Notes: generated from the sequence alone by a model not told the origin. A stretch of 63,582 bases of DNA, filler included, from Collodictyon triciliatum (GCA_043381765.1; 5 parts of 5 records of this genome joined end to end with filler, not necessarily neighbours in it), one strand, 5' to 3'. Counted from the whole stretch's first letter, positions 10,157 to 25,101 are shown. Made by a program: numbers and translations.

Positions 10157-13100
10157 ATGAAAGGTTTGTCGGCCTCGCTTGCGTTGGTTGAGGGCGCTGA
10201 GTCGATGGAGGATCGTAAGCAGAGAAACACTGCACCGCGGGCAGGTGCAGAGTCGCCATCGGACTCTGAGCCCCGTGTTGCAGGCAGCGATGTTGGCAGC
10301 TTTGTGAACCCAACGTCCCAGCAACTGCGGCTGATGATGCAGCAAAAGGAGAAGGAGCTGCAGCAGATCAACGAGATGCGCTTCAGATCTGTGGAGGACG
10401 AGCTCAAGACCAAAGAGCAGCAGGCAAGTGCTCATGGCCTCGTCTTCCTCGATTACTTTTTTTCACATCCTCTTTCTTTCCTTTCTTTTCTTTTCCTTTC
10501 CTTTCCTTTCTTTTCTTTTCTTTTCTTTCTTTTTCTTTTCTTTCTTTTTCTTTTCTTTCTTTTTCTTTCTTTTTCTTTCCTTTCCTTTCCTTTCCTTTCC
10601 TTTCCTTTCTTTTCTTTTCTTTCTTTTCTTTCTTTTCTTTCTTATCTTTCTTTTCATTTCCTTTCCTTTCATTTCATTTCCTTTCCTTTCCTTTCTTTCC
10701 TTTCCTTTCTTTCTTTTCTTTTCTTTCCTTTCTTATCTTTCTTTTCTTTCCTTTCCTTTCCTTTCATTTCTTTTCTTTTCTTTTTCTTTTCTTTTTCTTT
10801 TCTTTTTCTTTTCTTTTTCTTTTCTTTTTCTTTCTTTTTCTTTCTTTTTTCTTTCTTTTTCTTTCTTTTTCTTTCTTTTTTCTTTTTTCTTTCTTTATTA
10901 TTTATTTACTAATTAATTAATTAATTAATTAATTAATGGATTTCTTAATTTTTTTAATCGCGAGGATGTGGCTTTTAACATGAAGAGTAAATATATAAGT
11001 AGATCGCGCACGAGAGATCAAAGTTTCAGAAGCTTAGACAGGACTTTGAATATAACCTTAAATTACTGGAGGAGCGCGATGAAGAATTGGAGAGATACGA
11101 TAAAACTTTTTCAGATTTACGCCAGCTTCTACAAGAGAAGTACCAATACTAAAATGAAACGTTTTGTATATGCTTTCTTTTCCTTATCTATTATTTTATC
11201 TTATTATATTTCATAATTTTCTTTATTTCTTATTTCTCAATATCTTAATACACCACCAAGTTAGTGACGTTTATATATTATCCTTTTCTTTCTTCTTAAT
11301 TTACATTAAACCCATCAGAGAATCTGCGTTGAGCGATAGCAAGATTATGTTGGCTGATGCGCAATCTAAAATCAAACATGAGCAATCAAGGATAGTAGAA
11401 ATTGAATCTTACTACCAGACGAAGTTAATGGAGTCAAAAGATTTGATACTCGTTTGATTTCATTACTGAATATTGTGATATTATTTTATTTTATTTTGAA
11501 AAAGATTATCTCATACCAGCACTCAAAGTTGCCACGTTCCTTTTTTTTTTTTTTGAAAAAAAATGCATACGTAACATAAGCAGATGTCTAATTTTCGGCC
11601 TTATCTCTTCATCTCAATAGCAAGCAAGGTGGCAATCAGAACAAGAAGTAGCCCAACAAAGGTCTTTCTCTGTTTTTTTTTTTTTCCATTTTTTTTCATA
11701 TTATCATTCAATTCAATGTTTGGAATTTTGACCACCTTTAACAATCGTTGCTAGAGAGGACATCGAAAGTCAACGGAGAAAATTAGTTGTCCAGTTAAGA
11801 GAAAAGGAAGCTGAAATTGATGCCATCAGGTTTGCCTTATAATCATGACTACCTTCATATGAACTAAAGTATAATCGGATGAATAAAATACATGTTTTTT
11901 AAAACGAGAAAATATTGTTAATGTCAATATCAATTCGCTGAAGGAGGGAGTCATCGCTCAACTATGAACAATCCCTTAAGCAACTGCAGGAAAGACATCA
12001 AAAAACAGCTGATGAGCTTTTGACACTAGTTCAATGTAATTGTTGATACAAATGGCAACAGTAGAAACAAAATTGATAAATATCGATTTTTTTTTTGTTC
12101 CGCTAAAAGACCTTTGTTAATATCATTTCAAACCATATTTAAACGCAATTACTTTAAAATCATGAACAAGTGCATGAAAGCCAAATCAAGAACCAATCAA
12201 AAACTATCGAGATCATCACCATCGAAAAGAATGGGTTAACCACAAACGTACATGAGCTGCAACTAGCTCTAAAGTACATCCCATCGTTATTAAATACTAT
12301 CCTTTTTGTTTTCATCAATTCGTTGTTGTTGTTTTTTGAGATATACAACAAAGATATTATGCCTTTCTTTATATATTTTATTCAAATCATCCATTATCAA
12401 TTCTGATAAAATTATGGACAGGGATGTAGAAAAAAGGCTCAAATCGACATCCTGGGAACTGGAAGACACAACGCGCTCGAAGGATATACAAATAAAAGAA
12501 CTGGAAATGAATCTTAAAAAAGTATCAAAAATATACAAATTAATATTTGACCAAATTTATTCAGAGAGCAGTTGATTTATGTGATTTTTTTAAAATAAAA
12601 TAACATTTTCTGAACAACAGGCACAGGAATCAAAGAGTTTGATGATAGCTGAATTTGAAGAGAAGATGAACGAACTCATGTCAAATCTTCAGACCGTAGA
12701 ACAAGTATCAAGACTCAACTCGTTAAATCTATTATTATGAATAATGACATTATATACACTTGTTGGGAATAATTTAATGAAATAGGAATATTCGGCTGAT
12801 AATGAAGAGAAACAGAGGCAGTTTCATCAAGCTGCAGCCGAAAAAGATACTCATATACGAGAAATAACCATGAGCTTGCAAGTATGTCTCCAATATCTAC
12901 AATTTTAAATAAAAAGATGCATTAAAAGTTGAAGAAAAACCAGGAGCTGACATTCAAGAGTACCTTTTATGATAAAAGAGTCGGATTGAGTCTATCAACG
13001 AAACATGTGAAAGACTTAAGCGTGAACTGGAGGATGAAAAGGCATCACATAAAAGAACTAAATGGGAGGTAGATGAATCTTGCTATACATAAGCCTTGTA

Positions 13101-16100
13101 AAACACTTGAATTATATATTGATATATTTGCTAATATAATCATATCCATGCCACTGGATTCATTCAAAATAGTTTGAAGATAAACTAAGAAGAAAAGATA
13201 CCGAACATCTACAAGAGATTTCATTACAGAAAATATCTGCCGAAAAACTACAGAATGAACTCTCTGCTGCTGAATTGGAGATAAAAAATAGGGAAAAGGA
13301 TATATCATCTCTAAAGGAGAAGTTCACTAATACAAAAAGAGCTCTCGACGAAAAGCGTGACGAGTTGGAATCAACAAAGGTTTGTTGATGATTGTTGGAC
13401 TGTATATTTTGTCCCCATATGATAATGAAATAAAAACGTACGATGATAGAAAGAGTAAAATAAAATAAAAATGAATACCAAACTGTATAGTGTAATTAAA
13501 ATTGAATTAGAATCCTCTTTTATACACATCACATATATTGTAGAAATGAAGGCAATTATTTCTCATAATTGATTTGATTTCTAGACTCATCTTCAAAAGC
13601 AAATCGAAAAGGAACAGGAATCAAACCAAAAGTTGGTTGATGGTGAGATATTTCTATGTTATCATCAAAAAGATTTGTAGATAATCTTTGCAGTATACTA
13701 ATCGTTCGTGATATGCAAACTTAGAGAGCAGAATTTTGAAAAAAGACGTTGAAAAGAAAGAGCGGTAAGTCTTGTAGATTACTGAATAATCGTACCACAC
13801 TGATTATATTGCATCGATGATAAAGTAAATCCTCCATCATGTGCGAATTGAAAAGAAGAGATAGAGAGAGAAAAACAATAAACAAAGTGCCCGGAAGCTA
13901 GCAGAGTTTTTCATTTTTGCTATAAAAAATGTGGCAGAGAGGTAGCTTCTCTTCAAGATAGCCTGAAAGCATTGGATTTACAAGCAGCTGCAACAGAAAA
14001 ACTTTTACGAGAAACGAAGCAGCAGAATGAAGAACTATCCATTCTCATTGAGGTAGGTTTTATGCATTCCCAAAATACGTTAATTAAGACTACTTTTGAT
14101 TTTCGCAACAGTTTTAGTAAACATATTCACATAACATGATGTTCTTAAAAGAACTGTATGACCTCCAGTATTCCTATCTTACCATTTTTCAACACCACGA
14201 TAATCAAACCCAATACATACTGTTATCAGAAATCAGAAGAGCAGTGTAATCAACTTGAACGGGAGTTGCAAAGAGCCGATTCAGAGCTTGCGCAATGGAG
14301 GCAACAAATTGAACGGCCCCTTTCCGCTCAAATTACTCGGTACTTTGTTGCTGTTATAATATGATTGCGTGTGCTTGATGATAATCCTTTTGTTATTTTC
14401 CAAAATAGTTTACAGAAAGCTGCTTTGAATCATGGTTTACCTTCTGTCAGATTGGATTCACCAAACACTCCCTTTAGTGTTGCTCTTCCAGAAAGTATGT
14501 AAATAATATATGTTTTGTGTGTTGTTGATTTTTTTTTTTTTATTCTTCCTTTCAATTGTGTGCAGGATGGTGAAGATACTGGCTGCTGTTGATTTTATTA
14601 TTTATTATTTATTATTTATTTATTATTTATTTATTATTTATTTATTATTTATTTATTATTTATTTATTATTTATTTATTGTTTATTTATTGTTTATTTAT
14701 TGTTTATTTATTGTTTATTTATTATTTATTTTTATAGAATCTATTGTGGATTTGCAATATATCCTTATGACATTCTTAAACCAGTGTCTCCTCTGCCTTC
14801 GCCGTCGATTTTACTTCCACCAACACCCGTATTTTCACAGGGATCAAAGCCCACTACTCCCCTAGAAGCTATTCATTCAAATTTTGACGCTATAACGTAA
14901 TTAATTCACACTAATATTAATATAGGTATCGTATGATAAACGTGTATTATTTCGAATCTTTGTTGTGCAGTCATAATATTACGACATGAACCGCAACGCT
15001 AGAAATTAACAGGCAGATATAATATTTCTAAAGTTCCTTACAAACTCACAGAAATTCGGCACATATGAATATACTGAAGAAGGAAAACGAAGATTTGAAG
15101 AACTACTGTCTGAAATTGCAAGATGAGGTTTTTTTAAAAAATATATATGTAATTTTGCTTCATGATTTTTAGAAATAAAATAATATTTTGTTCGTGGTAT
15201 TATTATCTACTATCCCACTGTATTCATTTTTTTTTTTCTGAATAAAAATTGCCTTGAAAAATAGAACCAAAAGGTTCGGTCTGTGATTGTAGAAATGAGA
15301 TTAGAGATGGAAAATCTACAGAAGACAACTAATCCCGAACAAGACAAGGTGAAATCCATAGCATGCTAATCATGAGATGTACATCACGGTTGATAACAAA
15401 ATGTAGTTATCAAATGTTCTATTAACATCCATAACATCTATGTAGCGGTTGCAAATGGAAATAGAAACTCTAAAGAGAGATGGGTAGCTCTTCATAATTA
15501 GTCGTGAATATGAATGACTCTATCTATTTATGTAAAGTTGTAATATATTTTCGGAGCAATCAGCCTGAAATAGCTTTAAATGCCATATTTAAATCATCGA
15601 TTTTTTGAAGAGATTCCAAACTACGGGAGATATTCCAACTCAAGACCGAGCTTCGTAATATGCAAGAACAGACACAACTTTCAAATGTTAGGCCATTATA
15701 AATTGATTCCTTTTTATTTAATCTAAATATAAAAAACATTCCTGCTGTAAATTAGAAATCGACGGACGAGCTCGTTCGTGAAAGGATGCTTCTTATTGAA
15801 AGGTTTACACACTAATTTAGACAAACTAAAGACTTTTAATCGTCTGCTTTTAATTATATATCTTTATTGAATACATCCGATGCATTTGCGCTATTAACTG
15901 AAACCTCTTAACATCTCATGGGGCTTTTCTTCGGCATTCTTTTTGATACCGTATGATGCCTTCTTGAAATTTTCACATCGTCACAAGAATTAAGACATTC
16001 GAAGCGCAATATGACTTGGTCATTAAAGAAAACAGAATTCTCCGGTCAAAGGTGACTTTCATTTGTGGTTATGTAGCTCATTTAAGACGAAATCAAATAG

Positions 16101-17643
16101 AACTCATTTCGAAATTCACTATGTAACTTGTAAAAAATTAGATACACGAAGCTGCAAAAGATCTCGTTCGGCTGACTTCAGAAAAGGAAGCCCTGATAGG
16201 TTTCAATTAATCACACCGACAAACGACGGAAACTCCCCTCATACTATGAAATAACTATCTGGGATACATTTGCTATTTTTAACTGTAATTTTCCTGAACA
16301 CTCTATTAGATATAAGTAACTCGCTCAGAGCCGATTTAAGAGCCTTGAACTCCATCAAAGATGAAGAAGCAACTGAAAGTATTGTCACTTATATCGGTGT
16401 TTCTCTACCTCTGAAGTAGTGAAGTGGCTTGTAGTCATTAAAATGTATTTGATTGAGATTGTTGTGTTCTGGGTAGAATATAACGACTTCTTTCTTTTCT
16501 TTCTTTTTTTATTTTGTTGGGTGAAATTACATGTGCCCTAAATTATGTATGTACCAAACTAGATCAGGAATATCACAAGTTCAACTCTCGTTTGCAAGGT
16601 GTAGAGTACTCACTTAGAGAAACACAGAAACGAAACGCAAAATTGAAAAGCGAACTTGAATCGCGTGATGTGTGTTCTTGAATATTTTCAAAAAAAAAAA
16701 TTATTTTTTTTTACAATGTCTTCGTTTCTTGATTCCCAAGGATTCGTGAACATTTCACCTTCGCATGTCGTATTGATTACAAATGTTTTTCATTTCATAT
16801 GCCACATATATTTGTGTAGGATTATCGAAGTTCGGACCACTTTCCAACGAAACAGGTTCTTGTAAATTTTAATGAATTTGTTGAAGCCAGGTTTCAGATA
16901 TCATGAAAGCCTTTGCAATTACCTAACCAATGATTATTATAATTATAATCATAACTGGAAACAAATTTAGGACTCTGGAGTATCTCGATCATCGTCTGTA
17001 TACCACCTAAATATTTTTATTTTATATCTATTTATTTAGAAAGAAAAAAAAAGTAATGTATCTATCAATATCAACTGTTTAATCGCTAATTTTATCGTAC
17101 TTTAACACAGTCGCTTATTACTACGAAATATACTTTTAGATTTTCTCAGCACTTACCAAAATAATTATACTAATTGTAACAATTAACTACCTCGTGGGAA
17201 ATTATATCCGGTTTATGCAGATATGGTTGGAATCTTATACTTGGCGTTCGAAAATAGGGAGAATACATTTGTCCCTCAATTATACCCACTATCTCGCGTA
17301 TGGTGACATCTTCTATCGCCCATCAGATACCAGCCCGAGTGGAAAACTCGCCCAGTCGAATCCGCTACGCACACGACCCACCTCATCCACATCCAGGGAA
17401 ACACCGAGCCAAGTAATTGCAGCCATTCCACACTCAAGCATCTCACAAACAAATATACGATTATTTTCTCTTGGTACACATACCTTCCCATCTGTCCGCC
17501 ATCTCGCAAAAACCAAATACATTGAGCAGCATGACATGCAGACCAAGGCGCGACAAAAGCTCACCCCTGCGAAGCGCGTTGAGACCCCGACCGAGCCTCC
17601 GAGGCCTGTGCGCAACTACAACGTCCGCGATGATACGATGTAG
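10157..17643 (+). CDS. CCDC57: Coiled-coil domain-containing protein 57-like (centriolar), multi-exon
   Basis: Exon 1 ends QQKEKELQQINEMRFRSVEDELKTKEQQ. Exon 2 (from 11003) reads KFQKLRQDFEYNLKLLEERDEELERYD, the CCDC57 N-terminal signature. Many E/K/Q-rich coiled-coil exons follow, and the C-terminus PVRNYNVRDDTM* has the conserved RNYN motif. Confidence 0.85.
10470..10937. repeat. Pyrimidine-rich low-complexity tract followed by (TAAT)n, CCDC57 intron 1
   Basis: TTTC/TTTTC mosaic 10470-10895 and a TAAT run 10910-10937. Confidence 0.9.
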
Positions 17644-18359
17644 ATTGCAGTGCGCATATTGTATCCGTCGTCCTCCTCTTCTTTGCCGTCTTCAATGTTC
17701 TCAACTGATATCCACCGCGCTAGAATTCAGTCATGCCGCTTCGTGGCCGGCTGCATTTGTAAAGTAACCCCCACAATAACCGACCGCCGACGATTCAAAT
17801 GAAAATGTGTTTATTTATATCAATCGCAGGAAGAAAGGATGAAATAGGATAAGAACTGTGAGCCAGAATGTGGTGAGGGCATGACGCTCTCCTTTTGACA
17901 AGCAAATAATCGCACTGGCGTCAGTTTTGTATCCCACGCGATGAAAGATTAGAGGGTTGCATGTGTTTTCTTTCGTGTCTTTAGTATCAAAGGCAGAGCG
18001 CCCTTGATGGGAAATGAAGCTTTGATTTGGGGAATAGGAGCGGATGAAAGGAAGAGAGTGATACCATCAGGATTACTATCACACTGGAATCGTTCGTCAG
18101 AAACTCAACCGATAACCACATAGATGCACATAATTAGCACTCTTGCAAGGACAGGCAGAGCAGAACAGAGCAACGCAGATCAAAACAGATCACACAAGCA
18201 GCACAACAGACGCCGACATGAATCGTCAGCCCGTCTTCGGCTTCTGCGAGCCCCTCAAGGGCGGGAGGGCTTTCCCATTGACACCATCCAGAGTCAGCGA
18301 TGTTTGCGACCTGCCATATATCACGCAGCGACATGAGTCATTTGCCACGATGGATTTAG

Positions 18360-21300
18360 CTAAGCAAATAAAGAAGCAGATAATACTGACTTTCGGCCTC
18401 CATCGGTCCTGCGAGGCATCAGGCCGCCTGTCTGGTGAGGGGGGTTGTCGATGGCAAAAAGCTGCTCGGACTCGGAGACTGCGTACGTTGCGGACGGGCT
18501 TTGAAGCCGGCCTTTCGCTCGCGTGGCGCCCGAGATTGACAGCGCAGCCGACGATGCTGACGATGAGGCTGAGGACGACGGTGCAATTATCCCCCCACCC
18601 GCGGCGTTTGTGGAATGCGCGCTGTCTGGTCGGCCTCGTGTGTTGTGGTGGTTTGTGCCGTTGCCGATGATGACGCCGTCGAAGCCCATTAGAGTGGCCG
18701 AGGACGTGGAAGAGGAGGATAAAGAGCCTGCTGCTCCGCCTGGAAAGCCGCCGCGGGATGGTGGCTTGGTGCCGGCGGTGGTCGGATTGATGCTTGTGCG
18801 CTTCACAAGCGGTCTGTGATTGTTTACAACATTGTGTTGTTATGGGTGGTTTTGATGAAAGCTTCATGCGTGGTTTTAAATGAAAAAAAATAAGTTATTT
18901 GGTATGTCTTTATTTGTAATCCTACTTGATTGTGGCGGTGTTAGAAACGCGTAATCCGGGCTCCAGCATAGTCTTCGATTGGATTTGCTTCTTTGTCAAA
19001 AAAAAAAAAAGGATAACAAAAAGGATGATAATCAGTATTATTAGAAAATGAGAGAAAAAAAAAAACATTTTACTACTGTGAACTCAGATATTGTTCCCTC
19101 TGAGTTATGATGGATATTTGACTGCCGCAGGTGCCAAACCGGATTAACTGTGTTGATTGGGCTGTTCCCATTGAGAGATGGGTTTGCTCCGTTGATGGTG
19201 CTTCCAGGGGTGCGCATTCCAACGGAGCCTGCGTGGCTGTATTTTCATGGATGGGTGAACCAGGAATCCTCACACAGGGGGAACATCTATTTTTTTTAAA
19301 ATACATGTAGAGTGTAGATGATTCTGCTTGGCATTTGTGTGTGTATCTACCCTGACACCGAGGATGCGTGGCTGATGAGTTCCTCTCGAGAGAGCCGCAT
19401 GTCGCTTTCGCTTGGTTTCTTCTGTATGTGCATTTATTATTCATCTCGTTTCGGGTTTGCATATATATGTACTGGTTATTAAATCATATCAAAAGTGGCT
19501 ATGTCTTTACAATAGAAATTTTGTCGATTTTATCAGAGTGCATGCGCCAGAAGATGGAGTAGATAATGTTAAGGTAAACCCTGAGTGTATGAATGAACAA
19601 GGAGGGAAAAAAAAAAAACAAGGGCTCGGGCTTCTTTCCATTACAAACTGATGGGTTTGACTCTTTGAACCTGGGGTGGTGTGATGGGCTCACCGTCCTT
19701 CGTGTCTATTCGATTTCCGTGACGTCCAACTTGAAATGCGTTCGGTCCACTAGCATCGTGGTTTTAAATATAAATGAAATAGCAATAAAGGCGGGAAACA
19801 TATCAATTAAATAAAGTAGGTTCATATTCCCAACCAATCAAGAAGAAAAACTATCATCTTTGTTGTGTGAAAACACGATTTCATCGACTTCCGAGGTCAG
19901 ATAAGAGAAAGTTTGTATGTTTCATTACAGTTGGTTTATCTGCGCCACAGCAGGAATTGGCTCGTTTGCAATCTAATGCAAGACGATAAAAGTAAAAATT
20001 GCTATTGATTTTTGGCCCATCTGTCCATATAAACTGGTGAGGTAAAGATGAGAAAACCTGTTTCGCCTTTAATGCTTCCATCTTTGGAGAAGTTCCTCTG
20101 CTCAGAAAAAAAAAAAAGAGGCTCAATCAGTATGTATGTGACAGCAGATAAGCTTGGAGAATAATCTTGTGAAATCATTTTTTTCCTTGGTGTGTCCCAA
20201 CTCCATATCGAGTGCAACAAAAGAAGTGGAAAAAAGTCATGCTCCTTTGTATCCAAAAATAAGTAATGAATCAAGAATCAAGAATAAGTATAATAATCAT
20301 ATCGATGATAACAATGATAGTAATGAAAAATGAAAATGAAAATTGATTATAATAATCATAACAATCAGTAGATTCCTTGCCCACAAAAAAAAATAATCAA
20401 TTTTAAAAATATCATCGACCTTGATAGCAAATACAACATGTAAATTATACATACTTTTTTGCTACGATGTGGGGTGGTGACGAGGCGGATAGAGGGTGTG
20501 AAGAGACTGGAGAAGCTGCTCTACCAGGATTTTGTTCAATCTTTGGTGCAATGGATAAAAGTTGCTCATCCTTGTTCTCATTCACAGTCGGCAGAGCCTC
20601 GTGGTTATTGTGAGGGAGATTCAGCCAGCTTGTGGGTAGAAGTCGGTTCTCACTTGACTTGCTTCCACCCCGTCGACGGGCGTTTTCATCAACCTTTTTG
20701 TGCATTTGGCGAAGTGGGTAAGAATGAGCTGAGGCTATTTTTTCATATGTTTATTGATTTTAAAATAATAATAGATAGTTGATATGTGCTGCGATTTACT
20801 TGGCTGAGCGTCTGGAAAACCATCACGCTTCGACGACGATAGGCCATTTTATCAAACTCTGTCGATCGCAATCATACATCAAGAGGATTTGAGAATGAAA
20901 TAAAAATATAACAGCTCCTTTTCTTTTCTTTTTTTCAGCTCATGTAACCTCTTTCTCATTTAATTCCATCCAAGAATTTTATATGTACTTTCTCTTACTT
21001 ATCTTTAATTGTACGATTTGAAAAATATGGGTATAACCAAAGAAATGGTATTGAAATGATGCCTCTGTTGTCCTTCTTGATGGTATCCGGTTGTAGTAAC
21101 GCGGGACTTTGAGCAGGAGCCGAAATCGTCGGAATGTTTGTGGCATCCGAGGCGATAAGTGGGGCGTTGCTGGAAGCAATCTGAGGAGCAGCAACTGGCT
21201 CTGAGAGCTGTTGCTCAAGAATGTCCTGCCACTTTTGTCGGTTCTCAGCTAGTTGTGTACAAGTTAACTCCAGCCCACGGAGGAGAATGCTAACTGATGT

Positions 21301-24300
21301 GAAAAGGGGCGCAGCCACAAAGTCGATGAAGTTAAGTGTTGTTCGAGCCTATGTTTGCACGTTGTTTAGTTTTAAATGTCAATTCATTTCAAATATCACT
21401 AAAATTGATTACATGGACTTTGTTAATAATGACTAATGAAAAAAATTATTCTAAATATTAAGGAACCTGGTTAGAATCTTCACGGTCCATATAGGGAGAT
21501 ACAGGCAGACCGTAGAGCTTTTCGGTATCACCCTAAACAATTAATAAAGAAAGAATTCAAATCCTAATACCATCGTAGTAATACCGAAATTTTTTTGATT
21601 GAAAGAGAATGCATTACTTCCGCTCGTATCATGTAAAAATATTGTGATGTCATATATTTTCTATCATAAGACAAATTTGAGGCAAAACTTCGTAATGGTG
21701 ATACATAGAATGAATATTTACATATGTGTTGAAGTGAGAGGTTTCGTCTTTTCTGGTAAAAAAAAAAAAAGCACATATATTGGTTTGTGTATTACCTGTT
21801 GGTAAAATTCATCGCGGACTCGATCAGCCCATTTCTTCCCGATTGAAAAAGGCTTTGTTACATTCGATATATCCGCACAATGTAACAAGAGTGCGCATAG
21901 AAATTCTCTGTTACAAAGTACATAATTTCATGAATTACTAGAGTAAGCATCAATGCTAAAAACACTTGTGATTAAAAACAAAGCATCGTAAAAGGATTTA
22001 CAAATGTGTGCATATGATTCCTTTAAAGGCGAACTCAATTGCATACCTATCATCGCGATTTTCTGAAGAGAGGACAGGGTCCTCACTATCTTCAGACTAG
22101 ATCATCGGAAAATCAAATTTTCATATGCAGAGCATTCTTTAAAGCCACGTCGTATATAAAATATATAAAAATATATGTTTAATATTTAATTAAGAAGATT
22201 ACCTTCTTTGCGAGAGTCGACATTTTTGCTGTCATTTCAAAGTGCTTCGCCATGTCGGTCATCAGTATCATATTAATGATATTTTTTCTTGCCTGCAAAT
22301 AGATGATATGCCAAATTAAATAAATATCTATACCGTAATTAGGAATAGAAAAATAGAGCTCTAATCATAAAGTAGAAAATCAATAAACCTCTTTAAATTG
22401 ATTATTGCTAAGTGATGACAATATGTTTAAGGTAGTCTCCGTCTCCATGAATTCGCCGTTCTTCTTTTTGACGAAATACTCTGATATTGTTTCTGTGAAA
22501 GAGGAGAACATTGAGAATGGGTGAAAGCCCCTTCAAAGTTCAGTATATACTCATGTCTCATGAAGACATAGTTATATATCTTTGCTTTTTATCAATGTGC
22601 TATATTGGCATGTTTTATTTTAAAATACGTAATGATGTATCTATACGTGTATCATTATATAAGCTCCCATTTGGATATTCGAATCGTCTTAAGATTTCAA
22701 ATGTTTTGGCGGCGTGGTGGCTCTCAAGAACTGATGAATCGTTATAAATTCTTGCAAATTCCGATTGAGAATTGATTTGGAATGCATTATTCTGTATTGA
22801 ATGTTAATTAGTTTATTTTTTAATATGCGACAAACGAAAGTTTCCATAGACATTACATGGCAAATAAGTTTGTCTAGCGCTGGATATAAACCCGAAATGT
22901 ATTAACTCTTTTTTAATATAATTCAAAATACCTGTCCAGGGTGCCCTACATCATGACAAAGAGCAGAAGTAACCAGACACAGAATATCCAAAGGAGATAA
23001 GATATCTCTTGAATAAGCATATTGACCAAAAAATGAAAATAAACATCATTTTAATACGCGACTAGCAAGACATTAGCATTCACATTTAATTGATTTCAGA
23101 TTAAGGGTATCATTTCACCTTGAATTTGATCTGAGAATATAGTAATACAGTGTCTGGGTGACATCCACGGAGTGGTAAAAATTATGATACGGATTTGGCC
23201 GATACCTATATTACCGTCAGATCGATTTTCCTTAGATTGATGGCAGAACTGAATTACACTGCCTTGCTCGTTCATGTTTCAAAATAATTGCATAGAAAGG
23301 CTCGGGTATATCGCACAGAAACAATCAAGCGGATTGAAAAAAAAAATGGTAAACGGGCTTGTGTCGACATACTCTTCAGAAACAGCCCTGATGAATCGCG
23401 CAAGAGTCGATGGTTTTATCATAAAAAGATCATTCAAATGCAAATCCTATCAGAATCAGAATCATATGAATATAAACTCGAAAGGGATATATAAAGTATG
23501 ACGCCTGTATATGATAAAAAAAAGTATTTGAAATATAAGCAACACCAACTAAATGTCTACCTGATAGATGTAAACGACAAATCGAATAAGGTCGTCATTC
23601 GATTTTGAAAATGCATCAAATTCGTAGTTTCGAAGTTCTTCCAATGCATCAGCAGGTATGCTTAGTATAGGGTCGCTCATAATTGGAGTCCCCATCATAT
23701 TTTTACGACCTTTCCATGTGCTTTTAATAGGTCAATGAAATTACTTTATTAAATGTTAATGCTGCTTTTTTTTTAAGTTCATTGAAGTTAAATATCTGAC
23801 AAATTGTTTTCCCCAATACGTCCCAAACCTGATTGATTTCATCTTCCGAATGCTGGAACCAAAATGGTCGGCTGATAGCTTCCCAGCTATGTTTTTCCCA
23901 TAGAATCGGGATGGAATTGCTTTTTAGTTTTGCATTACAACTAGGCATGTTTTAATCAAATACAAAAAAAAAAAAAAATAATACATATTTGATTTTTTAC
24001 GAGGATTGATTCTAAGACAAACATTTTCCTGTGCTTGCTTCATTAATGTGTGGGGTGCTTTCAGTATTTGTGTTCGTTCGCAGGGTATGTTGACTTTCTA
24101 AAGTTGTAGTAGCACTAATACAATGTATTTTGTTGTTGCTCTATTTGGTTTATGTTAAAAAAAAACCGAAAAGAAATCGCCTTCAAGTTTTCCGAAGAAG
24201 AAAAAGACACAGCTTTCAGAATAAAAAGTACCCCTCAACATCTATTTGCACTGCGACTATCGTAGGATGTTCTTCACTAGAATTTGAAATTTGTGGCGTA

Positions 24301-24873
24301 TTCTCCTCCTGTTATATCCAAATGCACAAAAAAAAAAAATTCATATCTCTATCTTTTGATTTCATGGAATAAAATGAACTCATTGAAAATGGGATAATAT
24401 TTATTGACACAGGAAAAGTTATGTTTCTCTTAATTACATTACCAGGGTCACTTCCAGGACAGGAATTTTGTTGGCAGATTCAGAGGCGGGAACAGGAAGA
24501 GATATTTCCTAGTGATGAAACAGGGAAGAGTTTCTAACATGACAACACAACCATATGATTCACATGGCAATTGCAATAGTAAGATTGAATAGAGTTTATC
24601 ATATTTTCTTCGATGGGATAACCCAGTTGTCATGAGATGAAATAGACGTACTGATCCTTGCAACATCACGGATAGTTTGGATGAAATGGAATCTGTCTGT
24701 GCTGGGCCAAACATCGAGTCAGCAACACTTGAGTTTGTTTGCTCTTCATTTGTAGCAGACGAACAGCTGCTCTCTTGGTCATCATCTTCGTCTTCCTCGT
24801 GGTCTTTCAGCAAGCCTGGGTTCGCCAATTCAGAGGCCAGCCAAGATTGGGTCATATCGTCAAGGTCTCCATC
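18360..24873 (-). CDS. Class I 3',5'-cyclic nucleotide phosphodiesterase (PDEase_I), 5' truncated by the contig end; 3' end approximate
   Basis: Spliced minus-strand motifs YRPNPYHNFYHSVDVTQTLY (~23200-23140), LLVTSALCHDVGHPG (~22980-22932), NNAFQINSQSEFARIYNDSSVLESHHAAKTFEIL, ILMTDMAKHFEM, ALLLHCADISNVTKPFSIGKKWADRVRDEFYQQ/GDTEKLYGLPVSPYMDR, FIDFVAAPLF. A long S/P/G-rich tail follows. Confidence 0.92.
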
Positions 24874-25001
24874 CTGCGCAGCCGTGAGTTTAGAGGTGTT
24901 GTTGTTTGTTTTTTGTTTGTTTTTTGTTTGTTTTTTGTTTGTTTTTTGTTTGTTTTTTGTTTGTTTTTTGTTTGTTTTTTGTTTGTTTTTTGTTTGTTTT
25001 T

Positions 25002-25101
25002 NNNNNNNNNNNNNNNNNNNNNNNNNNNNNNNNNNNNNNNNNNNNTTAATTAATTAANNNNNNNNNNNNNNNNNNNNNNNNNNNNNNNNNNNNNNNNNNN
25101 N
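25002..25101. other. Artificial contig spacer
   Basis: 44 N + TTAATTAATTAA (stops in all six frames) + 44 N; the same 100-nt construct occurs four times. Confidence 0.97.

Noticed and set aside
10910-10937. (TAAT)n run resembling the linker, suggesting a hidden contig join
   Set aside because: There are no flanking Ns and the CCDC57 exons continue in frame across it.
18143-18819. GC-rich + strand ORFs as an independent gene
   Set aside because: Best explained as antisense to the low-complexity terminal exon of the PDE; no recognisable motifs.
25046-25057. TTAATTAATTAA recurring four times as a possible biological motif
   Set aside because: Always centred in exactly 44+44 N; it is a six-frame-stop concatenation linker.
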